From positions 1,240,001 to 1,304,000 of the forward strand of contig JAUPSS010000006.1 of assembly GCA_040285825.1 (NCBI GenBank): a stretch of 64,000 nucleotides of DNA. Direction: 5' to 3'. A program made the translations under genes and the position numbers. Positions 51,461 to 63,322 of this stretch are shown piece by piece. The stretch comes from Eukaryota sp. TZLM1-RC. Its lineage: Eukaryota; Protista; Metamonada: BaSk clade. A model generated the notes under the pieces. The model ran no database searches. It had not been told where the DNA came from and worked only from the letters and a program-made list of their open reading frames with translations. Each line of letters begins with the position of its first letter. Within the stretch, counting starts at the first letter, position 1.

Positions 51461-52299
51461 ATTCAACTTATATTATGCACATCTAGGTAACGCGTTTCCT
51501 TTTTGCCCTACCAACATGGTTCCTACATTAACTCAACAATTTTGGAACCACTCTCTCTTTCATGTGCCTCTGTTTCCTTTTTAATAGAAGAGCAGCAAGC
51601 TGAATATTTGTGGTTGGTGGGCTCTGTGGTTTGGTCTTGGACAGAAGAACAATTTGTCTGGTTGTCAAGTGGAAAAGTTGCTTGATATGATTGACTCTGA
51701 GGAATTGAAGATTGAAGGACTTTATGAAGATGTTTTTCTTTCTTTTCACCAACAACGTCAATTTAATGAATTTTTGTTTGTATTTTCTATTAAATATTTT
51801 TCAAATAACTCACAAATTCCACCTCAATGGATTTTGGTAATCTACATCGCGAACGATATGACACAATTCGATATTTTAGATTAGAAATTCATTCAAGATA
51901 AAATATGCAGAGATTGCACAGATACTACTGGTTCTACCCATCACTACTTTCATTCTCCACATCAATATGTCTATTTTTCAATTGCAGTCTCACATTATCT
52001 TTAGTCATTAAGAAAGGTTAAAGGCAAAGACTATTGTGATTATCAAAGAGTGAACTGTGCCAAACTTTGCTTCTCAATCGTATTTTTCATTAGAATTTTA
52101 TAAACTAAGAGAAAATAAAATGCACTGCAGCAATATGTCCAACTTTAGCAACAAAAGGGAAGAGCAAACACATAACCTGGAACTCTGATATAGAGTGCAA
52201 AACAGACTCATCTTTAGAAAACACAAATACAAGAAATGTTTCAAAGCAAAAATAGTGTAAGCAGAACAGTTCCAATCAACAAAGAATCTGTCATCTTCA

Positions 52300-53490
52300 A
52301 TGCCGTCACGAAGAGGAAGACGCAGAGGTGGACCTTCACACAACTCTCCTAAACGGGCACGTATTATTAGAGAGCCCATTTCTCTAGATGATAACCTTAT
52401 GCACTACATCTTCAACTCCTGGACAACACAGCATCCTTCCGATACACATCTAGACTTTTTCAAACTCTCTTCCTTCATGTCAAAAGTACCATATGTCAGC
52501 AAGAAATTCTGTGCCATTTCCCGATCTATACTGGCGACTTCATCAAGTCCTCCCACGGCACGACTTACTTCATCTTCCAGTAAGTACGCTTATGTCACTC
52601 TCCTCATGGCTAACGAGGCTTACCTACCTGGTGTTCTTACCTTAGGTTACACTCTTCGCTCGTCCCCTCATGATAAAATATGCATGTGTACCCCAGATAT
52701 CTCGGATCGGGCCAAGTATTTTATTGCCAAGTTTTTCAAAATAGTTGTTATTGATTACATAAAGGATTCCCGAATAGGCCCAACCAAGTGGAAAAAGTTT
52801 CAACATCATTACAACCCTTGGTTAAAGTTTTGTTTTACAAAGTTTAGGTTATTTGAACTTACACAATATGAAAAGGTTTTATTCCTAGATGCAGATACAA
52901 TCTCTTTAAATACTACAGAATTGGACACCCTATTCAACCTACCAGCACCCGCTGGTACTCTTACCTCTGATACTTTCATTTCTCATGCTCGTATGATTAG
53001 AACCAAGGATCTAGAGGTTTCTTTGCGCAAGTTTTATGGTTTGTTTATGTTCAGTTTATTTACTCATCTTAGGAATAGCAGGAGCTGTGTTATTGTTAAG
53101 ACCATCATTATCATCGCTGTTTGAACTTGGTCAGGTTGCGAGTAATTACTTTGGTAACTATAACGACAATGCCGGTTTGTTTTGCTTTTCTTCTTCTGAT
53201 TTTAGGTGCTGATGAAGCTGTCTTGTCTCGATATTTCAAGTCTAAATGGACTAATATCTCTAAAAGGTTCAATAGTGTTCCTTGGAAAGGTTATGAAAAT
53301 CAAGTATTATGGTTTGTAATTATTTCTCTAGTTTTCTCATTTCAGGCATTATGTCACGGCTGCACCTTGGAATTTCGAACAGTATTGGGACGATTATGAA
53401 GTTTTCTATGATTTCAATCGAGAAATGATTCAGCAGGATGCAGAGCTGAATGAAGTTTTGGAACCAGTCTTGAAACATTCTAAAAAGTAA
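52300..53490 (+). CDS. Glycosyltransferase family 8 (glycogenin / P13-like), 4 exons; introns 53039-53072, 53175-53205, 53312-53345
   Basis: YAYVTLL..YLPGVLTLG and FTKFRLFELTQYEKVLFLDAD; splicing three GTTTGT..AG introns (34, 31, 34 nt) restores GAVLLLRPS, GADEAVL and HYVTAAPW; stop at 53488-53490. Confidence 0.9.
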
Positions 53491-53939
53491 TTTTGATTGT
53501 ATGTATGTTTATTTATAAAGGTTTTTATAATGGTTTCTTTAAATTCATTTGATTTTAAGGCTGTTTTCTACTCAATTCTCGCAGTGTGAACTAGATTAAG
53601 AGTGATTTTTGTTTAAAATTTTGTGATTTTTTTAGATAATTAGGTTTGTTGTTTGTCAGCTGAATTTAACTTAAAATTAATCAAATTAATTGGTGTAATT
53701 CAAATGTAATTGAATACAAATTAAATAAACAAATATCAATTAATTCACTATAACTACAAAAAAGAACAATCACCAAATTAATCAAGGGAAAAACAATAAC
53801 CACAATTTATTTTAATCAACAGAACATCTTTCTAAAAGTACTTAAAACATACAATTGTGCTGCAGTATATCACTGTGCATCAACGATACAAAATCGACTG
53901 CAAAAAGTGCTAAAACAATGGGTGATAAGTAGGCAACCC

Positions 53940-54140
53940 AAAATATTGAAAGTTCTGCAGATGAGGTTTCCTTCATATCAATCAAAAAATTTGCAAAAGC
54001 AGGATTTTCATGTTTAGTCGTGCTGAGGCAAACAATAAAAATCTTACTTTTCAACAGAAAATTTTGCAGTTTTTTCAACGCAAATTGAATAGCTATAGGA
54101 AAACATGATTGTCTTAACTCAGGAACTAAACTTGATACTT
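53940..54140 (-). mobile_element. Short internal CRE-like fragment
   Basis: LKKLQ..KHENPAFANFLIDMKETSSA parallels families A, B and C. Confidence 0.7.
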
Positions 54141-54968
54141 CTTCTCTTAAGTTATTAGGGTATTTAATTACTTATTCCGGTGGGAATGCGTCTAATTTCT
54201 TAGACGTCTACCATCAGTATTTCGCAATTGAGTGTGTAATCATGTTGACCTTGATGATAAGTTCAGCTGTATTGAGTAAATCAGTTTTTGGCGTTTTAGT
54301 TGATATTCTGGAAATCATTTGATGAATGTTAAAAAATATCCAGTTGATATAAATGATTCTGTTTGGGTAATCATTTGTAGCAACAATTTAAAGAATTTGA
54401 CAAGTATAAGTGGTTCAAGCTATCAAATTCGGCAAAGTGGTTACATAATTTAGCTCTAGTTTTTTTTGTTTATTGTAATTCATTCAATCACATAAGTGAA
54501 TATGTATTTTCCGTTGTTACAAAAAATTGTGTTTATAAAGTGCCCTTTACAAACATAACAATGATTCGATGTGAACTTGCACTCAATGTTACATGTCACT
54601 CAATACAGTTGATCAATTGATCACAATCAATTGCTAAACACTGTCTTATCACACAAAGATCATTTTGAAGTTAGATTAGTCAGTGGGTAATATGAATATC
54701 AATCTGATAATAAACAGCTTTATTGATTGACTTTTGAGTGGTACTTATTTGATTGATTTGGTGTGATTGGCACATCGTAAAGTATACACTGTATTTATAT
54801 TCATATACGTAAATACTCAACTACTGTGATGTAGAGCGTTAGATGGAATGAAATCAAATATCCAAACCCTGGATAATCAAAAATTGTTGCTTAGTTTTTC
54901 TTGGAAAGGTTCCACATATATTGAAACAACAATCAACCATAAATTTATAAATTTCAACCATAATACTG

Positions 54969-57900
54969 CTACAAAATTCTAGACTCACCGACTACTTTTA
55001 ATACACCCTCACTTTCAGTGATTCGATAAATGTTTCTATCAAGCCAACCAAAATATGTCTTAGAATTCGAAAACAAACACTCCGTGCCAAAACTGAGTGA
55101 TCCTGGCTTGGCCTTGCTTAGTAGAGAAAGTTTATATTTATCTGTATCTATATTAACAAAAACAAAACAATCATCTTTGAAATCGGAGATGTTGGTAAAT
55201 TCATATGAAACCTTCTCTTCACATGAAAGATGCTTAAGAAAATAGTATAAAGCCTTTGCTGGTTTAACTAAATCGTTAGATACAGTGGATGACTCTGTGT
55301 AAAAAGTTGAGAGAGACAAGTGGAAATCGCTTAACAACAATTGTAAAAAATACAAATGACATTTTAGTAAAGTGTTTGATTCACTGGATAATTGCTCATA
55401 GTTGTCTGCAGTAAATAAGTACTCAGTTAGAGAAAAATTGCTATGATATTTGAGCAACTTCTGAACACTTTCTTCAGCACAGTGAAGCATCCACGCTGTG
55501 CATATCAACTTTATAAAACTTTGTTCCGGATCATCAAATTTGCTAAGATCAAAGTGATGGTAGTTTCCACTAATTAGTGGGATATTGACTAGTTCATTAA
55601 ACAATTGAACATCCACGAAATTGTTGTTTTCCACTGTAGAAGGAAGAAGAGAACTAGAAGCATCTCGCTGATCATGTTGAGCTACCCACACTTTCAACAG
55701 GCCACACTTGGCATAACAATTCTGCTCATCAAACAACAGTGCATCTTCATACAACTGTAGTGCTTGCGATAATTTGTCTATGGTTAAAACATTCCAATGA
55801 AACAGTTTTCTCAATAAATCACCGGCTTCAGTCAACGTATGACTCATTCGAACTTTGTTTAAATCACAAGCATCAGAATAATCATCAAGACACTTTATCA
55901 AGCGATGCTCAGTAAGGTATTCATGAGCAAGTTCTGCATTTGAACAACCAAATTTCTTCAATAAAGAAAAAAACAATTGTAGATTGGGAAGTGAACGCTT
56001 TAATTCATCCAACAACATTTGAACAAGTGAGATGGCCATCTGAGAACTTACAATGTCCTTCTGATCAACAAGAGCAACTTGTATAATATTATCGTGGAAT
56101 TCAGAAAATCTAAAATGTGATTCGGAAAAACGATTAGAACAATGACTCTTAACAAGTGAAATACTGGATATCAGTAGCTCTGCAATTTGCTCGGGACTCC
56201 TTTTTTCACAGTGAGACGACAAAATATTATTGTGCCATTGATAGTTATATTCAACAATAAATTTACGAACAAAAATGTGAATATACGACTTGTCTAAATC
56301 AAAGTTGAGGACAACACGCTTCAACAAAAAATGCTTTGACGAAGCGAATGCGTCACATAAGATTTTCGTATCAAAATTAAACGTAGGATCCTTCGACAAA
56401 GAACAAAGAAACAAAAGAGCAAATTGGAGAGAACGAGTATTGAGATGAGAAACATTATTCACCTTCGTAGATTCACACAGGAATCTTAGATATTCGGCAA
56501 CAATCATCCTTGCATTGTCTTCCTTCTTTTGAAACAATTCTAAGCCAAGGTACAGAAAATCGGAGTGAATTTCATTGAACCTTGGATCGATCGCACTTGG
56601 AACATTATTCTTTTTTATGTCAGATAAAATTCGTTCAACAGTGATTCTCCAATCTGGAGAGAGATGTAACTCAGGATAGTCCCATACAAATTTTGTGTAT
56701 TGAAAACTGTTCCTGGTGACTATCATTTTTGTTGATAGGGACCGATTTCCTCTTGGATTGATATAAGTTGAACAACAAACAAATAGCACTCGATTAAGAA
56801 GTTGAAAATTTTCACAGCCTTCAGTGTTGAATGTCTTCTCAACAATGCTTACCAGTTTCGATAAGGAGATTTTTGGAAAATAGAAGATCAAGCGAGAAGT
56901 TGAGTGACGAATACACTCCATTAAATCGACCGTTTCACTTAATACAACATACCGGAAAGCATTAGTGAATCTGACTAGAGAAAGAAGAAACGACGTATGT
57001 AAACCAGCACAATAACGGTTTTTTGACAACTCAAGAATTCCAATTTTAAAATTTTCTTGAAAAATTGGGTCCAAACAAGAACTTAAAAGCAAATCAACAT
57101 TCGAATGGCTTGGAATTGGGCATGGGTCAGCAAATAGCGAAAGTGAAGGCTTTTCACCACTGAAAAAATCAATTAATAAATCACGCTGATTACTATTATC
57201 AGCAGCGGGTGGAAATTGTACCAATTCAGTTGATTCATACTTCTTAAATCTGTGAATACGCCTATAACGCATTGTTTTTTGCTCATTCATCAAAAACTCA
57301 GCAACTTTTCGCGGAGGATAAATCTGATAATGATCAAAGGAAAGAGACTTTACAGTACTTTTCCACAATTGAGAACATGACAATTGGAATATGAGAACTT
57401 TGGTTCGGTTGTCTTCTAGTAATTTCCCTAATTCAGGAGGCCAACAACGAAAGTCATCAGACAACACATTAAATGAATTATGGTGAGGATCATTGACATT
57501 GGAATTATTGTTTGGAAAAAAATATAGAATCTTCTGAGAATGATGACCCGAATCATCAAAAGCAGATTTATCATTGGTGATGTAGTGTTGTGGTTGTACA
57601 CCCAAAAGCTTTAGGGCATGGTTGATTGATAAGTCAAAAAATGCTTTAAAAGGAATACTGAACAAATTCCATAAAAGACAACAAGGAAAATGAGCGTCGT
57701 CTGACTTTTTGGAATTCATTAGAAATTCTTCGGAATTAAATAGGACAATGAGTTCATTGAAGGGAATCTGGCATTTCATAATATCAAACTTTTCGTTCAA
57801 TTTCAATAGTTGCCAAGAAGCTAATTGGGACAAATCCACAGAGCCATCAGAGCAACGAACTTTACACTTTCCATTGAAATAAATGAGATCATTGTTACAG

Positions 57901-58376
57901 ATGAACTCGAAAATGTAAACAGGACGAACTTCTTCTTTGGAATTTTTGAAGTGAAATAATAGGTGACAGTAAAATCCAACACCAACATGAGGTCCACTAG
58001 GTGACCCAGACCTGAAATTCTTTACCATTGCCTGAACTAATTGATGGGTATCGGGGCAATCAACAGCATGCTCATTCACGAGGTTATTCGACATACCACT
58101 ATGAAACTGAGACAATTGCGTTATGAAAGCAGGGAACTCATCATCAGCAACACCGACAACAATAAAAAAAGCCTTCATTGTCGGCCTCATGATAGAAGTA
58201 ACATAGTCATACGAATTGTGCAGTGCGGCAACAGTGCCAAGAAAGTGACAGTCCGTAGAATGTTGAGGAGGCAGATTGGATTTAAGATCGTAGAAGTAAG
58301 ATTCAGGACGATTGAAAGAGTCAAGAACAAACTGTCTCAGTGATGCAGCAGAGGGTTGAGATGGGTTGTGTGACAT
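54969..58376 (-). CDS. Large intact orphan protein (1135 aa); possible degenerate P-loop plus TPR-like region
   Basis: 3.4-kb intronless ORF; TPR-like LSQALQLYEDALLFDEQNCYAKCGL; the domain guess is inference only. Confidence 0.85.
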   Translation of the reverse strand: MSHNPSQPSAASLRQFVLDSFNRPESYFYDLKSNLPPQHSTDCHFLGTVAALHNSYDYVTSIMRPTMKAFFIVVGVADDEFPAFITQLSQFHSGMSNNLVNEHAVDCPDTHQLVQAMVKNFRSGSPSGPHVGVGFYCHLLFHFKNSKEEVRPVYIFEFICNNDLIYFNGKCKVRCSDGSVDLSQLASWQLLKLNEKFDIMKCQIPFNELIVLFNSEEFLMNSKKSDDAHFPCCLLWNLFSIPFKAFFDLSINHALKLLGVQPQHYITNDKSAFDDSGHHSQKILYFFPNNNSNVNDPHHNSFNVLSDDFRCWPPELGKLLEDNRTKVLIFQLSCSQLWKSTVKSLSFDHYQIYPPRKVAEFLMNEQKTMRYRRIHRFKKYESTELVQFPPAADNSNQRDLLIDFFSGEKPSLSLFADPCPIPSHSNVDLLLSSCLDPIFQENFKIGILELSKNRYCAGLHTSFLLSLVRFTNAFRYVVLSETVDLMECIRHSTSRLIFYFPKISLSKLVSIVEKTFNTEGCENFQLLNRVLFVCCSTYINPRGNRSLSTKMIVTRNSFQYTKFVWDYPELHLSPDWRITVERILSDIKKNNVPSAIDPRFNEIHSDFLYLGLELFQKKEDNARMIVAEYLRFLCESTKVNNVSHLNTRSLQFALLFLCSLSKDPTFNFDTKILCDAFASSKHFLLKRVVLNFDLDKSYIHIFVRKFIVEYNYQWHNNILSSHCEKRSPEQIAELLISSISLVKSHCSNRFSESHFRFSEFHDNIIQVALVDQKDIVSSQMAISLVQMLLDELKRSLPNLQLFFSLLKKFGCSNAELAHEYLTEHRLIKCLDDYSDACDLNKVRMSHTLTEAGDLLRKLFHWNVLTIDKLSQALQLYEDALLFDEQNCYAKCGLLKVWVAQHDQRDASSSLLPSTVENNNFVDVQLFNELVNIPLISGNYHHFDLSKFDDPEQSFIKLICTAWMLHCAEESVQKLLKYHSNFSLTEYLFTADNYEQLSSESNTLLKCHLYFLQLLLSDFHLSLSTFYTESSTVSNDLVKPAKALYYFLKHLSCEEKVSYEFTNISDFKDDCFVFVNIDTDKYKLSLLSKAKPGSLSFGTECLFSNSKTYFGWLDRNIYRITESEGVLKVVGESRIL

Positions 58377-59408
58377 TGAAGAATGATTTCTCTCACATTG
58401 AAATCTCCTTGAAATGTTATTATGTGTTTCGTTTAAGGGGAGCTTTCTTTGTCTTTCAATCCAGGTTTTCTACACATCTCTCTCCTACAGTCATGGTTTT
58501 TTCATGTAATGTTTACTTACTTCTGGGTTTTGCAATGGTTTGTGTTCTCCGTCCAATGAAGGTGAAGATTAATGCAAGCTGCTAAACATCCTGTAATCTT
58601 AACCGTTCATGACATTCGTGGGTGTTCCACCTATTAGACCTTTGTGCTTGTCACCTATCTTTTGCTTTCAATCGCCGCTGTTTAGGGGTATTTCCTTCTG
58701 TATAATTGTTTGGGGCTAGTTTGCTAGTTTGCCTTGTGAAATTGCAACTACTGCATATTGCCTTTGTGTAAGAGTTTCTACTTCATCTATGCAAAGATCC
58801 TGAGTAAAAGTGTGCTGCCTTGTTGTCTATTGTTTTGACCTTCCTCAAATGTTGTGCTGGCGAAAGTCTTGCCTGCTAATTGCCCTCGGTTGTTTTAGCA
58901 TCATTCAAACCAAATTTTGTGCTTGTATTTAACTTAACATTCTACGAATTTCGCTGTTCTTTTTCTCATTTGTACTCCGAATTCGGTGAATTGTGTGAAA
59001 TAATCGAAAGATTTAACAATTTGTTATTATTAATTAAAGCAATGATTACTCAATAAAGAAGCTGTTTGTTGACGAAACCAGAACATAACAATCAACTAAT
59101 ATTAATAGCGAAATAGTTTATTATTAGTAATAGAATCGTAGCTGTTGTTAAATTCATATGAAACTTGCCGTACAAAAGAAATTTACTTTAAATAGGAAAA
59201 ATGACTTTGCTTACTCAACTAAATTGAATATAGCGCAGGACTTTGTGTAAAAAACTTAAAGAGACCGGCTGGAATCACTAAATATCAATTGTAAAAAATA
59301 CAAATGACATTTTAGTAAAGTGTTTGATTCACTGGATAATTGCTCATAGTTGTCTGCACAAAATAAGTAGGGCACAGTTAGAGAAAAATTGCTATGATAT
59401 GCAACTTT

Positions 59409-61890
59409 CTTCGCCCTTTAATTTGCCCAATGGTTATTTTTGCAAATGTGGAGCTGGTTTGACATTATCACATTTATTTAATTGTAATAGATTTATTTCC
59501 TATCGTTCTACGTTGCATGATGCAGTCAGAGATCAAATCCATGCAATGTGTAATTCCTATCATATTGAATCTTTTGTAGAACCTTTGTTGAGGTCTCTTG
59601 ATATAAATGAAAGCGCAAGAGATTCAGAATATGGAAAACGACGTGCTGATGTTGTTGTGCCCTCGTTTGATGATGTCATGAATGTTGTTGATGTCGTAAC
59701 AGTGGATGTTTGCAAGAAAAATGCCTTGAAAAATGCTCAATCTGAAGTATCCCCCCTTGATGACTCCGAATTGTACAAACGGAAAAAATATGCAAATCCT
59801 TTAAAAGAATTGAAACATGTTCGCCATGTAGATTACCAAATTTGCCCATTTGCTATATCGTTGTATGGTCGTCTTGGAAAAACTGCTATGAATTTTATTC
59901 ATCTTGCTGTTGATGATGTAACAGTGGATGTTTGCAAAAAAGTGCCTTGAAAAATGCTCAATCCGAACCATCCCTACTTGATGATTCAGAATTCAGAATT
60001 AAACGGAAAAAATATGCAAATCCTTTGAAAGAATTAATATATATTTATTGAATTTGCATACTTAATTAAAATAACTCATAACTAATGGGACGACTATCAT
60101 TGAACCAAGATTTCCTTTACAAAATCTTCATCTGCTTGCTGTCTAGCTAAAGCTTCTCTTATTCGATTGAAAAACCGAGGTCATCTATTAATAATGCCAA
60201 ATTGAATCCCAGAACGCCATAAAAAAATATCAAATCTTTTCATTGTTTTTTCTTGAACCATTTTTTGGAAGACATTCAAAAAAATTCTGCTTCATCTGAT
60301 AATCTTCCATTTATCGATAATGGGAAAGCAATAAAAACTAGCTGTGTATTTCTATCGGCATTAGCCTCTTCAATATCTTTATCATATTTTCTATGTTTTT
60401 CTTTTGTTATAAAATCAAGAGCACTCACAGGATTTAGTTTTCTTCTGTGAACCAAAGTATCATTTGCAACATTACATGAGACAAAGTCAACAATAGCTTC
60501 AGAATTATCAATCCAATCACAGTATACATCACCTCTATCATCAGAACCAAAATTATTCAGAGAAAGTGTCTTCTTCAGCAGAAGCTCTTTGATACACGAT
60601 ATTCTTGCAGTTTGTGCCATATTGAAAACAGTGTCTCTAACAGCATCATGTAATGAAGAACTATAAGTTATCAATTTAGAGCAATTCAGAGCATGGCGCA
60701 AAGTGAGTTGAGGCGAATTCGAACAAATACATTTTTCTTTTGATAATAATTGATTAATGGGGATATTCAAATATAATCTCATTTTTGTTACAAATGCTTC
60801 ATTAGTGGCACACAATCCAAATCTTCGTGGTACAATGGTTACAAAAAGTGAGGAATCTGATGACTTATCTTCACAAACACCCTTTTCCAATAACAATGAG
60901 GGAAGATCTTGATTTAAAACATCCGGGCTATATATATTATTATAAAGATCATTTTCATACATTCCAGTCAATCGTTTCTGTAATGTTTGAAGAGTGTACT
61001 TCAAATTCAAAACAATCTTTTCTGGAATATTGCCATTGAATGACTGGGGAAAGCATTGCCTCCATTTTTCTGCATCAATTTGTGAAATTTCTTCATTTAA
61101 TGCAAAAACAGTGGAACTTTGCGTTGTCATCAATAAATCTTCCCAATCTGCAATTCTTTCGGAAAACTCAAAGATTGCATTTCCGCATTCACCAACAAAA
61201 GCACATGAGGTAAGAATAGAAGCCTTCGTCCAACCAAAACCGGCATAACGTGGATTAAGATAAGCATGATCTGGAATTTGGAACATTTTACATCCCAATA
61301 ATTGTGACAGAACTTTTGCATGTAACTTATTAAACTTCTGAGCCAAAGGCCTAGTGACAAGAGGATTTGTAGATCGAAATATATGATTGAAGTTGGAACT
61401 AAAACACAGTCTTATTATGGTAAACTTGATATGTTTTTGTATATCTAAAGTCATCATTCGGTCAATTTTGTCGGAAATTAAGTTCAACTTTTCAAACAAT
61501 TTTTTGATAATTTCATCATTATTTCCTAAAAAAAGAACCTAAATGACGAATAGCATCAATAGAATATAATTTGGCTTGAATTTCAAAATTTAATAGAATG
61601 AAAACATGTTCGCCATGTAGATCACCAAATTTGCCCCTTTGCTCTATCGTTGTATATACGCCTTGGAAAAACTGCCATGAATTTTATTGATAATTTTGAA
61701 AATTTGGTATAAAGAAGAATGAATAAGCGTTTTGATCGTCGCTTGTGGCTAAATCGTATTGTTTTTACTATTTTCAACTCAATTCCCAATATGATTTCGA
61801 AAGCTTTAATGTCTGTCAGTGCACATTACGGAAACATTGCTGCTGTAAGGTTTGATGGTGTGGAAGCTTGTTTTGAAGATATTGATTGTT
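59409..61890 (+). mobile_element. CRE-like family E 3' region with an internal duplication of about 220 bp, split by a family D insertion
   Basis: CKC..HLFNC, HDAVRD, RRADVV..VDV, E..K..KY; 59685-59899 is repeated at 59908-60035 plus 61597-61689; ends in ACFEDID. Confidence 0.85.
60036..61585 (-). mobile_element. CRE-like family D, 5'-truncated, nested in family E
   Basis: ORF 60276-61499 matches the other D copies; 3' end has AATAAA plus (TA)n. Confidence 0.92.
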
Positions 61891-63322
61891 TAGCTTGTGG
61901 TTTTTTAAACAGAGTTTTAAAAGTAAATGAATGTCTGATGAAATAAAAGTTCACTAAACAATTGAACATCCACGAAATTGTTATTACTTTCTGTGGCAGA
62001 AAGAGGAGAACTACAAGTACCTCGCGGTCGTTGTTGAGCTACTCACACTAACAACAAGCCGCACTTGGCATAACAGTTTTGCTCAATCTGATCCAATTCG
62101 ATTGCTCCAAATATATACACTTGCGTATAATGATGCGTGTCATGTTGTCATATAGCAAGAAATTCGATATTAGTATTAATAATAAAATAATATACTTATT
62201 AATCGTTCAAAAATTGACATGAAATCTTTGTTCCATCAAAAACTGCTGTGTTCTCACTTTATGTTTACTGTTCAACAAAAACTTAACGGTGTTTCGCACA
62301 TAAAACAGCATTTTTTCCAGCACAAAACATGGATTACAACAGTGGAGAAGAAGAATTAACAACAGATATCACAAAGAACAGTGAATTCTACTGGAAATTC
62401 ATTCTTATTAGAAATTTTCTGGTGACGATTTAGTGACGCTTCACGCAACAATAATATAGAGGTTCAGTAAAATTTCAAATATTGTTTCCAGAATGGAACA
62501 TGGTACAGAAGATTTGGTCTAAAGCGAAAATTCGTTCAATGGCATATTTTGATTGTATTTATTTTTTTTGAATTTTCAAGCCATCTTGAGAGCGCAAAGC
62601 CTAAGCAACCATCATTGTTAGTATTTAATTTCGCAACTTTGAACAACGGCTTTTTGAAAACAAAGATTAAAGGTATATCTGAAAGTTTTGCCCATGAAAT
62701 AATGGTCAAATATGCCTTATTGAATATAATACTGTATTACTTATAGAATGAAACAGTAGCAACTTGTGAGAGTTTGTAATTGTAAATAATATGAAATGAA
62801 CTATAATAACCAATTTATTGAACTGATGACAAGTCTTTATTATGTAGTAGCAAGTTAGTGACTAATTTGTCGGCATCGTTGTTCAACATACAGGTAGTTT
62901 TGACAAAAACTTTGGAAGTCGGCAATACTGAACCAACGACATGCTACAAGAATGCTATGAAGAATACCTTTGATGGACAAAATCTTTACCCTAACCAAAG
63001 AACTATCGACGATGCGTTTCACGTGTCATAGTAGAGAGAACATTGGGATGAAAGATGATGTCCTATAGAAATGCTGAACTCAAGAGGAAATGTTAACAAG
63101 AGAACTCTTCCTGGGGTAGTTCTTTGCAATTGAGATAGAGAATTCACGAAAATACTACCGTAAGATGTAAACAGAAGCACATCACCCTTCGTAAGTCTCT
63201 GATAACATTATGTTAGATGGGGAGATACCACGTCACAATGACAAATCCATTGATGTAATGACAACACATTTCACCTAAAATCACATCTTACCAAACCGAC
63301 TTTCATAACATCTACAATCTGC

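Larger units (their letters stand above)
59040..62087 (-). pseudogene. Decayed tandem paralog of the 1135-aa gene's C-terminus, interrupted by nested retroelements (parts about 59040-59408 and 61946-62087)
   Basis: 59140-59408 matches 55190-55460; 61948-62087 matches 55591-55730. Confidence 0.8.

Noticed and set aside
62880-63260. Possible copia RNase H remnant (KQKHITLRK)
   Set aside because: Single weak motif with no other pol signatures.
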